Below, in pieces: positions 14,780 through 23,940 of a stretch of 32,000 nucleotides of DNA. The notes beneath the pieces were generated by a model that was given only the letters and a program-made list of their open reading frames with translations, was not told the origin of the DNA and did not search any database. The DNA lies in the NCBI GenBank assembly GCA_001790095.1, contig MGBH01000001.1, forward strand, positions 960,001 through 992,000, read 5' to 3'. This DNA is from Candidatus Saccharimonadota bacterium. GTDB lineage: Bacteria > Patescibacteriota > Microgenomatia > UBA1406 > GWC2-37-13. Each line of letters begins with the position of its first letter. The stretch's first letter is position 1. Position numbers and translations under genes: made by a program.

Positions 14780-15430
14780 TTATTTTGTAGCACCAGCCAT
14801 AGGAACAACTCGCAATCCAAAGTGACTGAGATCACCCATAGACTTTTTTAGCATTATAGCCATATCTGCTAAATCAGCATTAGCTGGATTAAGGCTGTCT
14901 ATTGAATCTTGTAGAGAAAGCCTAGCAACCTGAAGCACGTCCTGAGCCTGTTCGCTCGGTGGCAATTGAGTACCGTATTCGAGATCTTTAAACTCAGGAG
15001 CATCTACCCATTTTCCCTCTCCGCCATCTCCTTTTTCCCAACAAGTAAGTTTCATGCCAAAATCAGATACATTACGCCCAGGTGTTATTGATCCAGTTTC
15101 TTGCGTTTCCTTCAAAGAGTATGGTTTTTCATCAGGTCCCCAGAACCTAACCTCAACAGCTTCCTTAGTCAATGGTTTTCCAGATGCTTTGCTCTTACCC
15201 TCCACTGTTCTTGTATAAGTGACTCCATCCCAGCTTAGTTTTCCACTAGGTTCTTGTGCTCTCAGATCAATTTTGTCTTTCTCCGGACTCATGTCACAAA
15301 TTCGTGGTCGTCCAAATCGATCTTTTTCCTGTCCAGGTTTGATCAAAGGTTCTGTTTGAGGAACCGCTTTTGCATGTGTTGCTGAAAAACCTGTAACATC
15401 ACCACCTTCTCCCATATGAATCAAGCACAT
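14780..15430 (-). CDS. Hypothetical protein (orphan); last gene of the thyA-folA operon
   Basis: 216 aa and soluble, with no motif I recognise. It lies 20 nt downstream of the DUF1599-like gene on the same strand. An alternative start is M6. Confidence 0.5.
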   Translation of the reverse strand: MCLIHMGEGGDVTGFSATHAKAVPQTEPLIKPGQEKDRFGRPRICDMSPEKDKIDLRAQEPSGKLSWDGVTYTRTVEGKSKASGKPLTKEAVEVRFWGPDEKPYSLKETQETGSITPGRNVSDFGMKLTCWEKGDGGEGKWVDAPEFKDLEYGTQLPPSEQAQDVLQVARLSLQDSIDSLNPANADLADMAIMLKKSMGDLSHFGLRVVPMAGATK

Positions 15431-15450
15431 TAAATAGTATTAACCTAATA

Positions 15451-15765
15451 TTACTTTTTTTTCTTTTTCAACTCAAGTTTTTGAAACCATTTGCGGCGAA
15501 ACATCATAGCGATCACTGCATACACTCCAATATCCATCCAGCTGTCATCTATTGATTCGTGTTTTGGATTTTTGTTCACCAATAACAGATTTTTCAGTCT
15601 GTTTAATTTATCACTTATCCTGTATGCAATCCCCATCTCGCCCGTATCAAGGATATTACCCTTACCATAATCTCTGTGTTTTTTTATAAACAGTGTTTTT
15701 AACTCACCACATATCTCCTCAAACGCGCTGTCCAAATCTGTTGGTTGTTTCATTGGTTGCTTCAT
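15451..15765 (-). CDS. DUF1599-like (nucleotide-modification-associated domain 1 / all-alpha MazG-like) protein
   Basis: 104 aa and helical. It has the KHRDYGKGN ... RISDKLNRL blocks typical of small MazG/DUF1599-type proteins that accompany thyA in phage and bacterial nucleotide loci. The assignment is from memory of the family, not from a search. Confidence 0.55.
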   Translation of the reverse strand: MKQPMKQPTDLDSAFEEICGELKTLFIKKHRDYGKGNILDTGEMGIAYRISDKLNRLKNLLLVNKNPKHESIDDSWMDIGVYAVIAMMFRRKWFQKLELKKKKK

Positions 15766-15814
15766 ATAATTAATAATTAATAAATTAACGGGTTAAAGGA
15801 TTAACAGATTTCAC

Positions 15815-16330
15815 TTATTCTTTCTCCAAATCAAGAAACGTAAACCTTGCTCCCTTTTCTTCTCTCTCTTCTTTTGAGACAACTTTTGTAAATGCCGAAT
15901 AATCAGGAAAAAACTTATCACCATCAAATTCTCCCTTTACAATAGTTAAATAGAGTCTATCTACAAGGTGGATCGTCTGCTTAAATATCTGCTCTCCTCC
16001 TGATATAAATACTTCTTCTGTTTCTATCTCTTTAGCTTTCTGTAAAGCCCCATCGATTGATGAAACCACAAAGCACCGCTCCTGTTTTGGATCATAGGCA
16101 GTGTCGCGGGTTATGATGATTGTATTTCGCTCTGGCATGGGTTTTCCACTTCTTTGATAGTATCCAAGAAGCGAGTCAAAGGTGCCTCTCCCCATGATGA
16201 CGGTATGATGAAGCGTTTTTTCTTTAAAACGGACAAGGTCAGCGCGTATATGCCACGGTATGAGGTCGCCCTTGCCGATGACTCTGTTTTCAGACAGGGC
16301 ACAGATGATGCTAAGTTTCGGATTGTTCAT
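15815..16330 (-). CDS. folA: Dihydrofolate reductase
   Basis: LSIICALSENRVIGKGDLIPWHIRADLVRFKEKT, VIMGRGTFDSL, ISGGEQIFK. It sits immediately downstream of thyA. Confidence 0.9.
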   Translation of the reverse strand: MNNPKLSIICALSENRVIGKGDLIPWHIRADLVRFKEKTLHHTVIMGRGTFDSLLGYYQRSGKPMPERNTIIITRDTAYDPKQERCFVVSSIDGALQKAKEIETEEVFISGGEQIFKQTIHLVDRLYLTIVKGEFDGDKFFPDYSAFTKVVSKEEREEKGARFTFLDLEKE

Positions 16331-16379
16331 ACTAATTATGCTTAACCACTGTTTAACCTACGAGGTTAAAAGTGGGCTG

Positions 16380-17399
16380 TTAGATCGCCCTAAGTTTTTT
16401 TAATAGCTTTAAATTTTCATCATATAATCCACCCGTTACACTCAGCGATGCTTTGATTGGTAGATGTGGATTGTATCCTACCAAATCAACATATGATGGT
16501 TCAAAGTCGTCAACCGTTTTAAAAGAATGATTGAAATGTATCGTGGGAAATACTTTTGGTTTTCTTTTTAGCTGTTCTTGGACTTGGGTTACGTGCAGTT
16601 CATAGATGTGCACATCCCCAAACGTATGGATAAATTCTCCGGGTTCATATCCTGTTACTTTTGCCAGAATCAATGCAAGTAAAGCATAGCTTGCGATATT
16701 AAAAGGTACTCCTAAAAATATGTCAGCACTTCGCTGATAAAGCTGAAGGCTTAATTTACCATCAATGATATTGATCTGGTACATGTTGTGACATATGGGA
16801 AAGCGGGATGCATCTTTTTTGAGAGCCATCGTATAAAGATACTCGGGATTCCATGAGTTGACGATAAGATTATGCGCTGCTGGGTCTTCTTTAATCTCCT
16901 GAATTACCCATTTAAGCTGATCAATAGTCCTGGGTTTACCCTGTAAATCTTTAGATTTACATGGCCAACGTCTCCACATCTCACCATAAATTCTTGGAAG
17001 CTCTCCCCATTTCTTTGCAAACTTTTCATCAGCTGCAATATTGTTTATAAATTCCTCTTTTGATAATAATTCTTTATACTTTATACTTTCTACTTTCTTC
17101 TTACTCTTTTCCACGTAAATCCTATACGGATAATCGTCCCATATATGTACATTATTATCGACTAAATATTTAATATTTAACATACCCTTCATAAACCAAT
17201 TCAATTCATGCAGTACTCCTTTCCAATACACCTTTTTAGTGGTCAGAAGAGGAAAGCCCTGGGATAAATCAAATCGTATCTGGCGCCCAAACACGCTCTG
17301 AGACACATCTCCTGTACCCCTGTCAACTTTTTTGACTCCATGATCAAGTATGTCTTGAAGAAGATCAAGATATTGATATTCGGGGTGTCTGTACTTCAT
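16380..17399 (-). CDS. thyA: Thymidylate synthase (ThyA type, long form with a small-domain insert)
   Basis: DRGTG, FPLLTTKK, LHELNWF, nucleophile block FPICHNMYQ, YQRSADIFLGVPFNIASYALL (the Asn indicates dUMP specificity), GDVHIYELH. Confidence 0.95.
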   Translation of the reverse strand: MKYRHPEYQYLDLLQDILDHGVKKVDRGTGDVSQSVFGRQIRFDLSQGFPLLTTKKVYWKGVLHELNWFMKGMLNIKYLVDNNVHIWDDYPYRIYVEKSKKKVESIKYKELLSKEEFINNIAADEKFAKKWGELPRIYGEMWRRWPCKSKDLQGKPRTIDQLKWVIQEIKEDPAAHNLIVNSWNPEYLYTMALKKDASRFPICHNMYQINIIDGKLSLQLYQRSADIFLGVPFNIASYALLALILAKVTGYEPGEFIHTFGDVHIYELHVTQVQEQLKRKPKVFPTIHFNHSFKTVDDFEPSYVDLVGYNPHLPIKASLSVTGGLYDENLKLLKKLRAI

Positions 17400-17462
17400 A
17401 TCCCCATCAATATAGAATTATTTTTGAGTTTTATCAAGAGCAAAAAAGAAGATTAAGCCAAG

Positions 17463-17981
17463 TTATGATCGAGAGGTTTTAGAAGTTAATAAAGGGCAGG
17501 AATCAAGGATAGAAGGATTGGGTCTATTTATAAGTAGTTGCCGCATGAGGTCAAGGGATGAAGGTTGAGCGTTCAATCCATTTGTTTGTGCTCTTACTAA
17601 TTCTGTTGCGTCCCTGTAATCTTGTGGTTGTAATGGTTGTTTGCTGTTTAAACGAACCGCAGGATACCATCTATCTATCCTATTGCTATCAAGTTCATAG
17701 ATAGCAACACCATTTCGTTCAACCACTTGAGAAGTTAAAAGAAGTGCGTGAGTGTATGTGTCTGTGTCTTTTAGCACCATCCAGTTTGCTGCCTGCGGTG
17801 GAACTACATATTCCGGCATCATAAACCACCGCATTGGCATCCCTAATTTACCCTCTTTGATTAATCTATATTCTTCATCAGATACGATCCGTAAAAAATA
17901 CCCTGTAGAGTCTTTTTCTGTCACAAGTTCGCGTATCCTATCCCCAACATATTTATCTGAGAATTGTGGTGGTAATTCCAT
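17463..17981 (-). CDS. Hypothetical protein (orphan); first gene of the thyA-folA operon
   Basis: 172 aa and soluble, with no recognisable motif. It is on the same strand 63 nt upstream of thyA. Confidence 0.5.
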   Translation of the reverse strand: MELPPQFSDKYVGDRIRELVTEKDSTGYFLRIVSDEEYRLIKEGKLGMPMRWFMMPEYVVPPQAANWMVLKDTDTYTHALLLTSQVVERNGVAIYELDSNRIDRWYPAVRLNSKQPLQPQDYRDATELVRAQTNGLNAQPSSLDLMRQLLINRPNPSILDSCPLLTSKTSRS

Positions 17982-18113
17982 ACTTGTATGGTATCATGTT
18001 TTTAATCTATAAATAGACACCACCCATGAATCCACGAGTAAATGTGCTCAACAACTATTCTCCCCACACTACCTGAATCTTTCTAACCTTTTTATCCATT
18101 TTTTCCTAAATCC

Positions 18114-18794
18114 ATGCACAAAAAAAATTACTATATTATTGATTTTGACAGCACCTTTGTAAGATGTGAAGTATTGGAAGAGATAGCAAAGATATCTCTT
18201 CATGACAACCCGGATAAAAAAATTATTCTTAAAGAAATTGTTGCGATCTGTAATCTTGGTATGGAGGGCGCTCTCCCCTTTGAAGAAAGTCTTACTAGAA
18301 GATTAACTTTATTGCATGCCAATAAAGAGGATTTAAAAAAAGTCCGTGATGTATTGAAAAAAAACATTACTCCCTCCATATTGATACATAAAGAATTTTT
18401 TAAAAAGAACAAAGAACAAATTTATGTTATATCCGGCGCATTTAAAGAATGTATAACACCCATAACAAAACTATTTGAGATATCTGATAGTCATGTACTT
18501 GCAAATACATTTGTCTTTGATGACAGAGACAACATCATAGGAATAGACCTTCAGAATACACTTTCTCACAAATTTGGAAAAGTAAAAGCCGTACAAGCAT
18601 TGGATTTAAAAGGTAAACTTATCGTTGTTGGCGACGGCTATACTGATTATGAAATAAGAAAAGAAGAACTAGCTCATGTTTTTGTCGCATTTACTGAAAA
18701 CGTGAGACGGGAAAGCGTCATATCAAAAGCAGACTATGTGGCTGCAAATTTCGATGAATTCTTAAGACTTATCTCAACTGATCTTAACCGTTAA
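18114..18794 (+). CDS. HAD-superfamily hydrolase, subfamily IB (phosphoserine-phosphatase-like)
   Basis: Motif I IIDFDSTF (DxDxT), motif II VISGAF, a Lys (GKVKA), and motif IV VGDGYTDYE. Confidence 0.8.
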   Translation: MHKKNYYIIDFDSTFVRCEVLEEIAKISLHDNPDKKIILKEIVAICNLGMEGALPFEESLTRRLTLLHANKEDLKKVRDVLKKNITPSILIHKEFFKKNKEQIYVISGAFKECITPITKLFEISDSHVLANTFVFDDRDNIIGIDLQNTLSHKFGKVKAVQALDLKGKLIVVGDGYTDYEIRKEELAHVFVAFTENVRRESVISKADYVAANFDEFLRLISTDLNR

Positions 18795-19330
18795 ATCTGT
18801 GTTTCCCTTTTTGAAGTTGTCACACGCCCACCCTGCCATTGTCCTTTATATTGATTTCCTCCCCCATCTACCCACTCAAACTGCGCATGTACAAAACGTG
18901 CTCCCATCTCAATAACAACTTCTACCTGCCCTTCGTTTTTAAGACCAAAGGTAAGCTTACCACAGTATCCTGGCGCTCCGTTGCCTGTGCGCAAATTAAG
19001 ACCTGACCTAAAGGTAGTAGTACGAGGCTTGAAATTCACCGTAATATCAAGGGGAAGATTGACTTTTTCAATTGTCGTAACCAAGAAGTAATCACCTGGC
19101 TTAATCGTAATGGTGTTTTTCTTTCCTTCTTCATACTTTGTTACAAGTTCAATTGTTGGCGTTTCTCTCTCGGTTATTCCTAAAAATGCATGGCCTGATA
19201 TCTTATAAACTTCTCCCAGTCGCATATCAAACCCCGCCCCCTCAGGAGTCTTTAAATCCCGCTCTCCTAATCCTTCAACCAGTTTTTTTTCTTTAACCAA
19301 TTTTAATAGTAACTCCGGACCAAGGATCAT
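18791..19330 (-). CDS. dCTP deaminase/dUTPase-fold protein, divergent at the catalytic positions
   Basis: A gap-free by-eye alignment to E. coli Dcd covers DMRLGE (DVRLGN), PGDYFLVTTIEKVNLP, PRTTTFRSG (GRSSLARLG), GAPGYCGKLTFGLKNEG (IDPGWSGCIVLEFYNSG) and a C-terminal YKGQWQ. The Dcd catalytic Glu aligns with Gly, and the ID of IDPG aligns with GA. Confidence 0.7.
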   Translation of the reverse strand: MILGPELLLKLVKEKKLVEGLGERDLKTPEGAGFDMRLGEVYKISGHAFLGITERETPTIELVTKYEEGKKNTITIKPGDYFLVTTIEKVNLPLDITVNFKPRTTTFRSGLNLRTGNGAPGYCGKLTFGLKNEGQVEVVIEMGARFVHAQFEWVDGGGNQYKGQWQGGRVTTSKRETQI

Positions 19331-19354
19331 ATGTGTGATAAAAAATTATAATAC

Positions 19355-20194
19355 TTACACGACTCCCATCTCTTCCAGATCAACCCCGCCATCCTTATCG
19401 AAAGTAACTTCATAGATCGGTAAAGCCGCGCCTAAACATTTTAACGTTTCCATAAGATGGGCCTCTCCAGTCTCTGAAAGCACCTCATACAGATACTCAT
19501 CATCACACCCCTGAGGCAATGTGACTGCTTTGTTTTCATAGAGAGACTTTGCCAGCAATCTGTGGCGTTTGTTTACCAGATCTGTATGATACACAAATAC
19601 CTGTGTGTGTTTGCGATGACCCTCAACCAGTGCATCATACTGAGGATATATACTATATTCTCCTTTTACCAAAACAACCGCTCCCTCTATGTGATCTTCT
19701 CTAAGGATCTGTTCTTTTGCTCCTTGTATTTTCGCTTTGGTAAAGGTATTCGTAACAAATTGAAGATCTTCTGAAGTAACACCATAGTCTTTTGGGGTAA
19801 GTAGTATTTGGCTCATGTGCCCGCATCCTTCAAATACGTTCCCCTTTTGAGTATGGATATCTGTGTGAAATCCTAGGTTGTTTTCTCCTCCTATGATTTC
19901 AACAAGTGTGCGATAGGCTTTGTCTTTATCAAGCTCAAACCCGTACTCATTTGATGCTGCGATGATAAGAACAAGCTCTCCTGCGTCAGCGCCCGGTATA
20001 GCCAGGCCCGGCAGATTAGGAGTATCCCCATATCTCCCATCTATGCAGCGACTTCTATACTGCCCGTCTTCCTTTACTTCATACTTGTTTTCCCGTGCCA
20101 GATGAAAAATCTGCTCTTTGGAAAGTAAGATCTTTTGCATAGATTTCACATTATACCTAAATAAGTTGGCCGGTAAACTGCGTTTCGTTGGCAA
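19355..20194 (-). CDS. Hypothetical protein with CIDGR ... PGADAG ... HTD ... GCGH motifs, co-transcribed with the Dcd-fold gene
   Basis: 279 aa and soluble. It lies 24 nt upstream of the Dcd-like gene on the same strand. A likely alternative start is the ATG at 20140 (MQKILLSKEQ), which has a TATAAT 9 nt upstream. Confidence 0.6.
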   Translation of the reverse strand: MPTKRSLPANLFRYNVKSMQKILLSKEQIFHLARENKYEVKEDGQYRSRCIDGRYGDTPNLPGLAIPGADAGELVLIIAASNEYGFELDKDKAYRTLVEIIGGENNLGFHTDIHTQKGNVFEGCGHMSQILLTPKDYGVTSEDLQFVTNTFTKAKIQGAKEQILREDHIEGAVVLVKGEYSIYPQYDALVEGHRKHTQVFVYHTDLVNKRHRLLAKSLYENKAVTLPQGCDDEYLYEVLSETGEAHLMETLKCLGAALPIYEVTFDKDGGVDLEEMGVV

Positions 20195-20595
20195 AGATAA
20201 AACAACTCATCTATCATAAGAAGATGACAGAGGTATCCTCACTGATACAAGCAACAAGCAGCGCAATCATGAAAAATGTGACAAATGAGCTCAATAAGGC
20301 TGTCAAAACGTATAGTGAATCATTGTTTCAAGCTTTCATAACTTTTCTTAAAAAGACGTTTGAGAATGTCCTGAATCATATTTCCCTCTGGCTTATGCAA
20401 ATATTGCAGGAAGTAAGCCAGCGGCTCCCAGATTACGGACAAAGGATCATGATAAAGATCATACCTGTTATTGTCATGATTGCTCAAGTCCTCATAGGTC
20501 TTGTTTGTCTCGTGCTACTTATCAAACTACTATCTTTCATAGTCCGTGCTTTTATTAAGATTTTTCCTTTATTAAAAAAACGAAGAAGAAGATAA
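20188..20595 (+). CDS. Hypothetical small membrane protein
   Basis: 135 aa with one C-terminal TM (IIPVIVMIAQVLIGLVCLVLLIKLL) and a basic tail. The start is uncertain (MTEV at 20224 is possible). It lies upstream of the GT4 gene on the same strand. Confidence 0.4.
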   Translation: MAKIKQLIYHKKMTEVSSLIQATSSAIMKNVTNELNKAVKTYSESLFQAFITFLKKTFENVLNHISLWLMQILQEVSQRLPDYGQRIMIKIIPVIVMIAQVLIGLVCLVLLIKLLSFIVRAFIKIFPLLKKRRRR

Positions 20596-20613
20596 TCGTG
20601 ATACAATAAAATT

Positions 20614-21657
20614 ATGAGTCCTCAAATATATGTATACGATCCGACGATAAAAGATCTACAAAGCAAGGTTCGGGGGGTTGGACGATATCTGCAGATACTT
20701 CGTGAAAGTTTTTCAGATAAATTTATTTTTTCCGACACATTTCCATCCAAAAGTAAGTCGTCCACCATCTTCATAAACCCTTTTTTTAACATGCTTCAAT
20801 CTCCTCTTTCAATCAGAAAAATTGCAAAAAGACAGGTCGCGATCATACACGATCTTATCCCGCTCAAATACCCAACCCACTTCCCCATTGGATTTAAGGG
20901 AAAGTTAAACGTTTTTTTGAACAGATTAGACCTCCATAGTTATGATCTCATCATCACCGATTCATCATCTAGTAAAAAAGATATTATGGACATTTTAGGG
21001 CTTCCTGATAATAAGATAAAAGTAGTTTATCCGTGTCTACCAAAAATATTTACGGATGAAAATGTCAAAACTACAACGCAGATTTCAAATCTACAGACTA
21101 TGACTGATTATTGTCTCTATGTTGGAGATGCTACATGGAATAAAAACTTAGTAAATATCGCAAAAGCTATCAAACTCGCAGATATTCCCTGTATATTTGT
21201 AGGAAAAGTGTTTGGCGACAAAGTCTTAAGCGATAAAATAGCGACAGATAATATGTGGCGCAAAGAACTAAATGAATTTAATGAGTTGGCAAAAAATGAT
21301 AAGCGTTTTATTTTTCCGGGATTTGTCTCAGATGAGAGGCTGATCAATTTGTATCAACAAGCTTATGTGAATATATTGGTGTCAAAAGATGAAGGGTTTG
21401 GTTTTTCTTACCTTGAAGCAGCTTCGCAGGCGTGTCCTTCACTTCTTTCGGATTCTCACCTCTTTCATGAGATATCCAAAGATTCTGCTCGGTTTGTCAA
21501 TCCTATAAATCCTGAAGAGATCGCCCAGATAATCAAATCATTTGTACTCTCACCTGAACTTCGCTCTGAATTTGGTGCTTTGGCACTAGAAAGATCTAAA
21601 CTTTTCTCCATGCAAAAATTTAAGAAGGATTTTTTGGAAACAGTACAATCAGCTTGA
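20614..21657 (+). CDS. Glycosyltransferase, GT-B fold (family 4/group 1-like)
   Basis: The C-terminal domain has the E-x7-E block SKDEGFGFSYLEAASQACP, and the N-terminal half is Rossmann-like. Confidence 0.8.
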   Translation: MSPQIYVYDPTIKDLQSKVRGVGRYLQILRESFSDKFIFSDTFPSKSKSSTIFINPFFNMLQSPLSIRKIAKRQVAIIHDLIPLKYPTHFPIGFKGKLNVFLNRLDLHSYDLIITDSSSSKKDIMDILGLPDNKIKVVYPCLPKIFTDENVKTTTQISNLQTMTDYCLYVGDATWNKNLVNIAKAIKLADIPCIFVGKVFGDKVLSDKIATDNMWRKELNEFNELAKNDKRFIFPGFVSDERLINLYQQAYVNILVSKDEGFGFSYLEAASQACPSLLSDSHLFHEISKDSARFVNPINPEEIAQIIKSFVLSPELRSEFGALALERSKLFSMQKFKKDFLETVQSA

Positions 21658-22479
21658 TAAGGAAAAAAGTATCTGTGCATTTTCAGTTGTTTTACGTATT
21701 ATTTCATCTACGTCAATCGATAATACTTTAGCAATGTACTGAGCAATAACAAAAAGATTTGATGGTTCATTGGGATATTTTTTTTGGGACCGAAGCGGTT
21801 CGGGCAACAAATATGGAGAGTCTGTCTCCAAGACAAGAGAGTCTAGGGGAACTTTTTTTATAAACTCTTCCTTTTTTTTATCGTAGGTCACATCGCCATC
21901 TACTCCAATAAACATCTTATGGTCATGTGCAAACTCAAGAAGGTCCATATCAGGCTCACAACAATGAAAAACGCTCCTCCTCTCAAATCTTCTATCCCAT
22001 CGATTGCTTAGAATTGCAAGTATCTCTTCCTTTGCCTCCCAGTTGTGAAGAATAAGGCTTTTTTTATACGTAAGAGCCAAATCCATCTGAGCAACAAGTA
22101 GTTCTTTCTGCAGAGCAAGAAGCTCCCTATCCACTTGCCTTATTCCATACTTTGTTTTGAGATAGATGTGTTTATCTAGACCTATCTCACCAATGGCTAC
22201 GACTTTTTGTTCAGTGATTAAAGACTCAAGCATTTCTATATTTTCGCTTATCCCTTCATGGCCTTTTTCCTGTAAAGCAAACGCATGATGAGGATGTATG
22301 CCTATGGCAACATATATATTTTTGTAATTATGTGCTATCTCTATAGCCTTTTTTGAGGTAACAAAGTCTGTACCGGGTATAAGCATACCTTTCACACCGG
22401 ATTGTTCTGCACGCAAAACCACATCAGATGCTATATCTTTAAAGCGGGAGAAATTTAGATGACAGTGGGTATCAAACAT
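21649..22479 (-). CDS. tatD: TatD-family metal-dependent hydrolase/DNase
   Basis: MFDTHCHLNF, GIHPHH, AIGEIGLD, ILHNW, VLETDSPYL. Confidence 0.9.
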   Translation of the reverse strand: MFDTHCHLNFSRFKDIASDVVLRAEQSGVKGMLIPGTDFVTSKKAIEIAHNYKNIYVAIGIHPHHAFALQEKGHEGISENIEMLESLITEQKVVAIGEIGLDKHIYLKTKYGIRQVDRELLALQKELLVAQMDLALTYKKSLILHNWEAKEEILAILSNRWDRRFERRSVFHCCEPDMDLLEFAHDHKMFIGVDGDVTYDKKKEEFIKKVPLDSLVLETDSPYLLPEPLRSQKKYPNEPSNLFVIAQYIAKVLSIDVDEIIRKTTENAQILFSLSS

Positions 22480-22514
22480 ATTGCAATTCTAAGTTCTATT
22501 GCCTATCATTATAG

Positions 22515-23933
22515 ATGATGCAACCCACACGTTTGTTCATCTTTTTTTCTGTCGGAGTGCTTTTTTTGAATATCTCTCTCAATGGTGCTGCTCATGCTTA
22601 TTGGGTAAGCCAAAATGACCGGTTGATGTGGTATAACGGACAGGTTTTGGGGATTGAAGACAAAACAGCCTATACCTACGTAGTAAGGGCGAAGCTAAAG
22701 ATTGCTCCAACCGGTGCCACTTCTCCCTCCAATACTCTGCCTACTCTTGCTCTTACCCCCGCTCCTACTCTTGCTTTTACTTTCCCTCTTACTCCTTCTC
22801 CTACTATAATAGAAGTTGCTGCGTTACAAAATTTTGCCGGGCAAGGACAAAAACCAAATCTTCTCCCAAATAAAAACAATAGTCAGACTCATTCATCAAC
22901 CTCATCATCTTCGTCGTTTTCGTCTTTATCTTTATCTTCATTTTCATCCTCATCTTCATCGAATCAGTCTCAAAACTCATTTGGTTCGTTTGATTCTAGC
23001 TCTTCGATATCTATCATCGTGTTTCCAACAGCTACCCCATATAATCGACCAGCAGGGGAGGGTTTTTCTGCCCCAGCTCAAATGCTATCAAGCAGTTCGC
23101 AAAATAACGTAGCATTCATGCCGCCCACATTAACCAGCGTCCCAACCCACATGCCTTATCCCACTCAAGCACCAAAAAAAATGGCTTTTATTAATAGTGT
23201 GCCATCAGGAAGCACCTCATCCCTCCCAACACCCACTCCCATACCTGAGATATTGCGTGGTAAATCATCAACTATCGTTATTGAGATGCCTACGCCAGCC
23301 CCTGCTCAAAGATCGCCTTTTACGATTGTACCTGCTCCCACATCCATCATCCTCAAGGGAGAAGAAATGAGAACTATCAAGATTGATCTTCCTAAAGAAG
23401 AGGTAAAAACATCAAACCCTGAAAATCCATCTATTAGTAATAGTAATCTTGACATTACAATCGAACGTAAGCGGGGTGATGATATTGCGATTCAACAGCA
23501 GGAATTTGTGATTCAAAGAGGTATGCAAACTGTCATCATCTCAACCAATGAACAACGTCAAGGCACTCTTACCATCGAAAAAAACGACACAAAAGCACGT
23601 ATAACTATGCCCATATCCATCAATCCAACAACCAATATTTTGACTGTTGATACAAAAAGTGGCCCTATGAAAGTATCTATCATGCCTGATGATGCACTAA
23701 GCATCATACGACAGCTAAAGGTCGTTGATAAAAGCGGAGTTCCACAAGATATCATCCTTGAGTCCAGAAATAACCAGCTTCAATACCGAATACGTGCAAA
23801 TAAGCAAGAGAGACTTTTATGGGTTATCCCCATCACCGTACCTAAAGATGTATACGTTGCGGCAGATACCGGAGGACTTATCGAGATCAAGCTCTCACCA
23901 TTTTACGATTTTCTAACACTGTTTACGTTTTAA
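22515..23933 (+). CDS. Secreted Ser/Thr/Pro-rich protein, hypothetical
   Basis: It has a signal-like N-terminus (LFIFFSVGVLFLNISLNGAAHA), long low-complexity PT and poly-Ser tracts, and a more ordered C-terminal region of about 170 aa. Confidence 0.6.
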   Translation: MMQPTRLFIFFSVGVLFLNISLNGAAHAYWVSQNDRLMWYNGQVLGIEDKTAYTYVVRAKLKIAPTGATSPSNTLPTLALTPAPTLAFTFPLTPSPTIIEVAALQNFAGQGQKPNLLPNKNNSQTHSSTSSSSSFSSLSLSSFSSSSSSNQSQNSFGSFDSSSSISIIVFPTATPYNRPAGEGFSAPAQMLSSSSQNNVAFMPPTLTSVPTHMPYPTQAPKKMAFINSVPSGSTSSLPTPTPIPEILRGKSSTIVIEMPTPAPAQRSPFTIVPAPTSIILKGEEMRTIKIDLPKEEVKTSNPENPSISNSNLDITIERKRGDDIAIQQQEFVIQRGMQTVIISTNEQRQGTLTIEKNDTKARITMPISINPTTNILTVDTKSGPMKVSIMPDDALSIIRQLKVVDKSGVPQDIILESRNNQLQYRIRANKQERLLWVIPITVPKDVYVAADTGGLIEIKLSPFYDFLTLFTF

Positions 23934-23940
23934 AAAACGT

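Noticed and set aside
16380-17399. Reading thyA as a dCMP or dUMP hydroxymethylase used for DNA hypermodification
   Set aside because: The specificity residue is Asn (PFNIASY, dUMP type). A DHFR gene follows immediately, which fits reductive methylation producing dihydrofolate. Canonical thymidylate synthase is the simpler reading.
18791-19330. An anti-phage dCTP-deaminase defence gene
   Set aside because: The described defensive dCTP deaminases are larger multidomain proteins. This one is a bare Dcd fold of 179 aa and appears to lack the deaminase Glu. No other defence hallmarks lie nearby. I kept it only as a divergent-enzyme observation.
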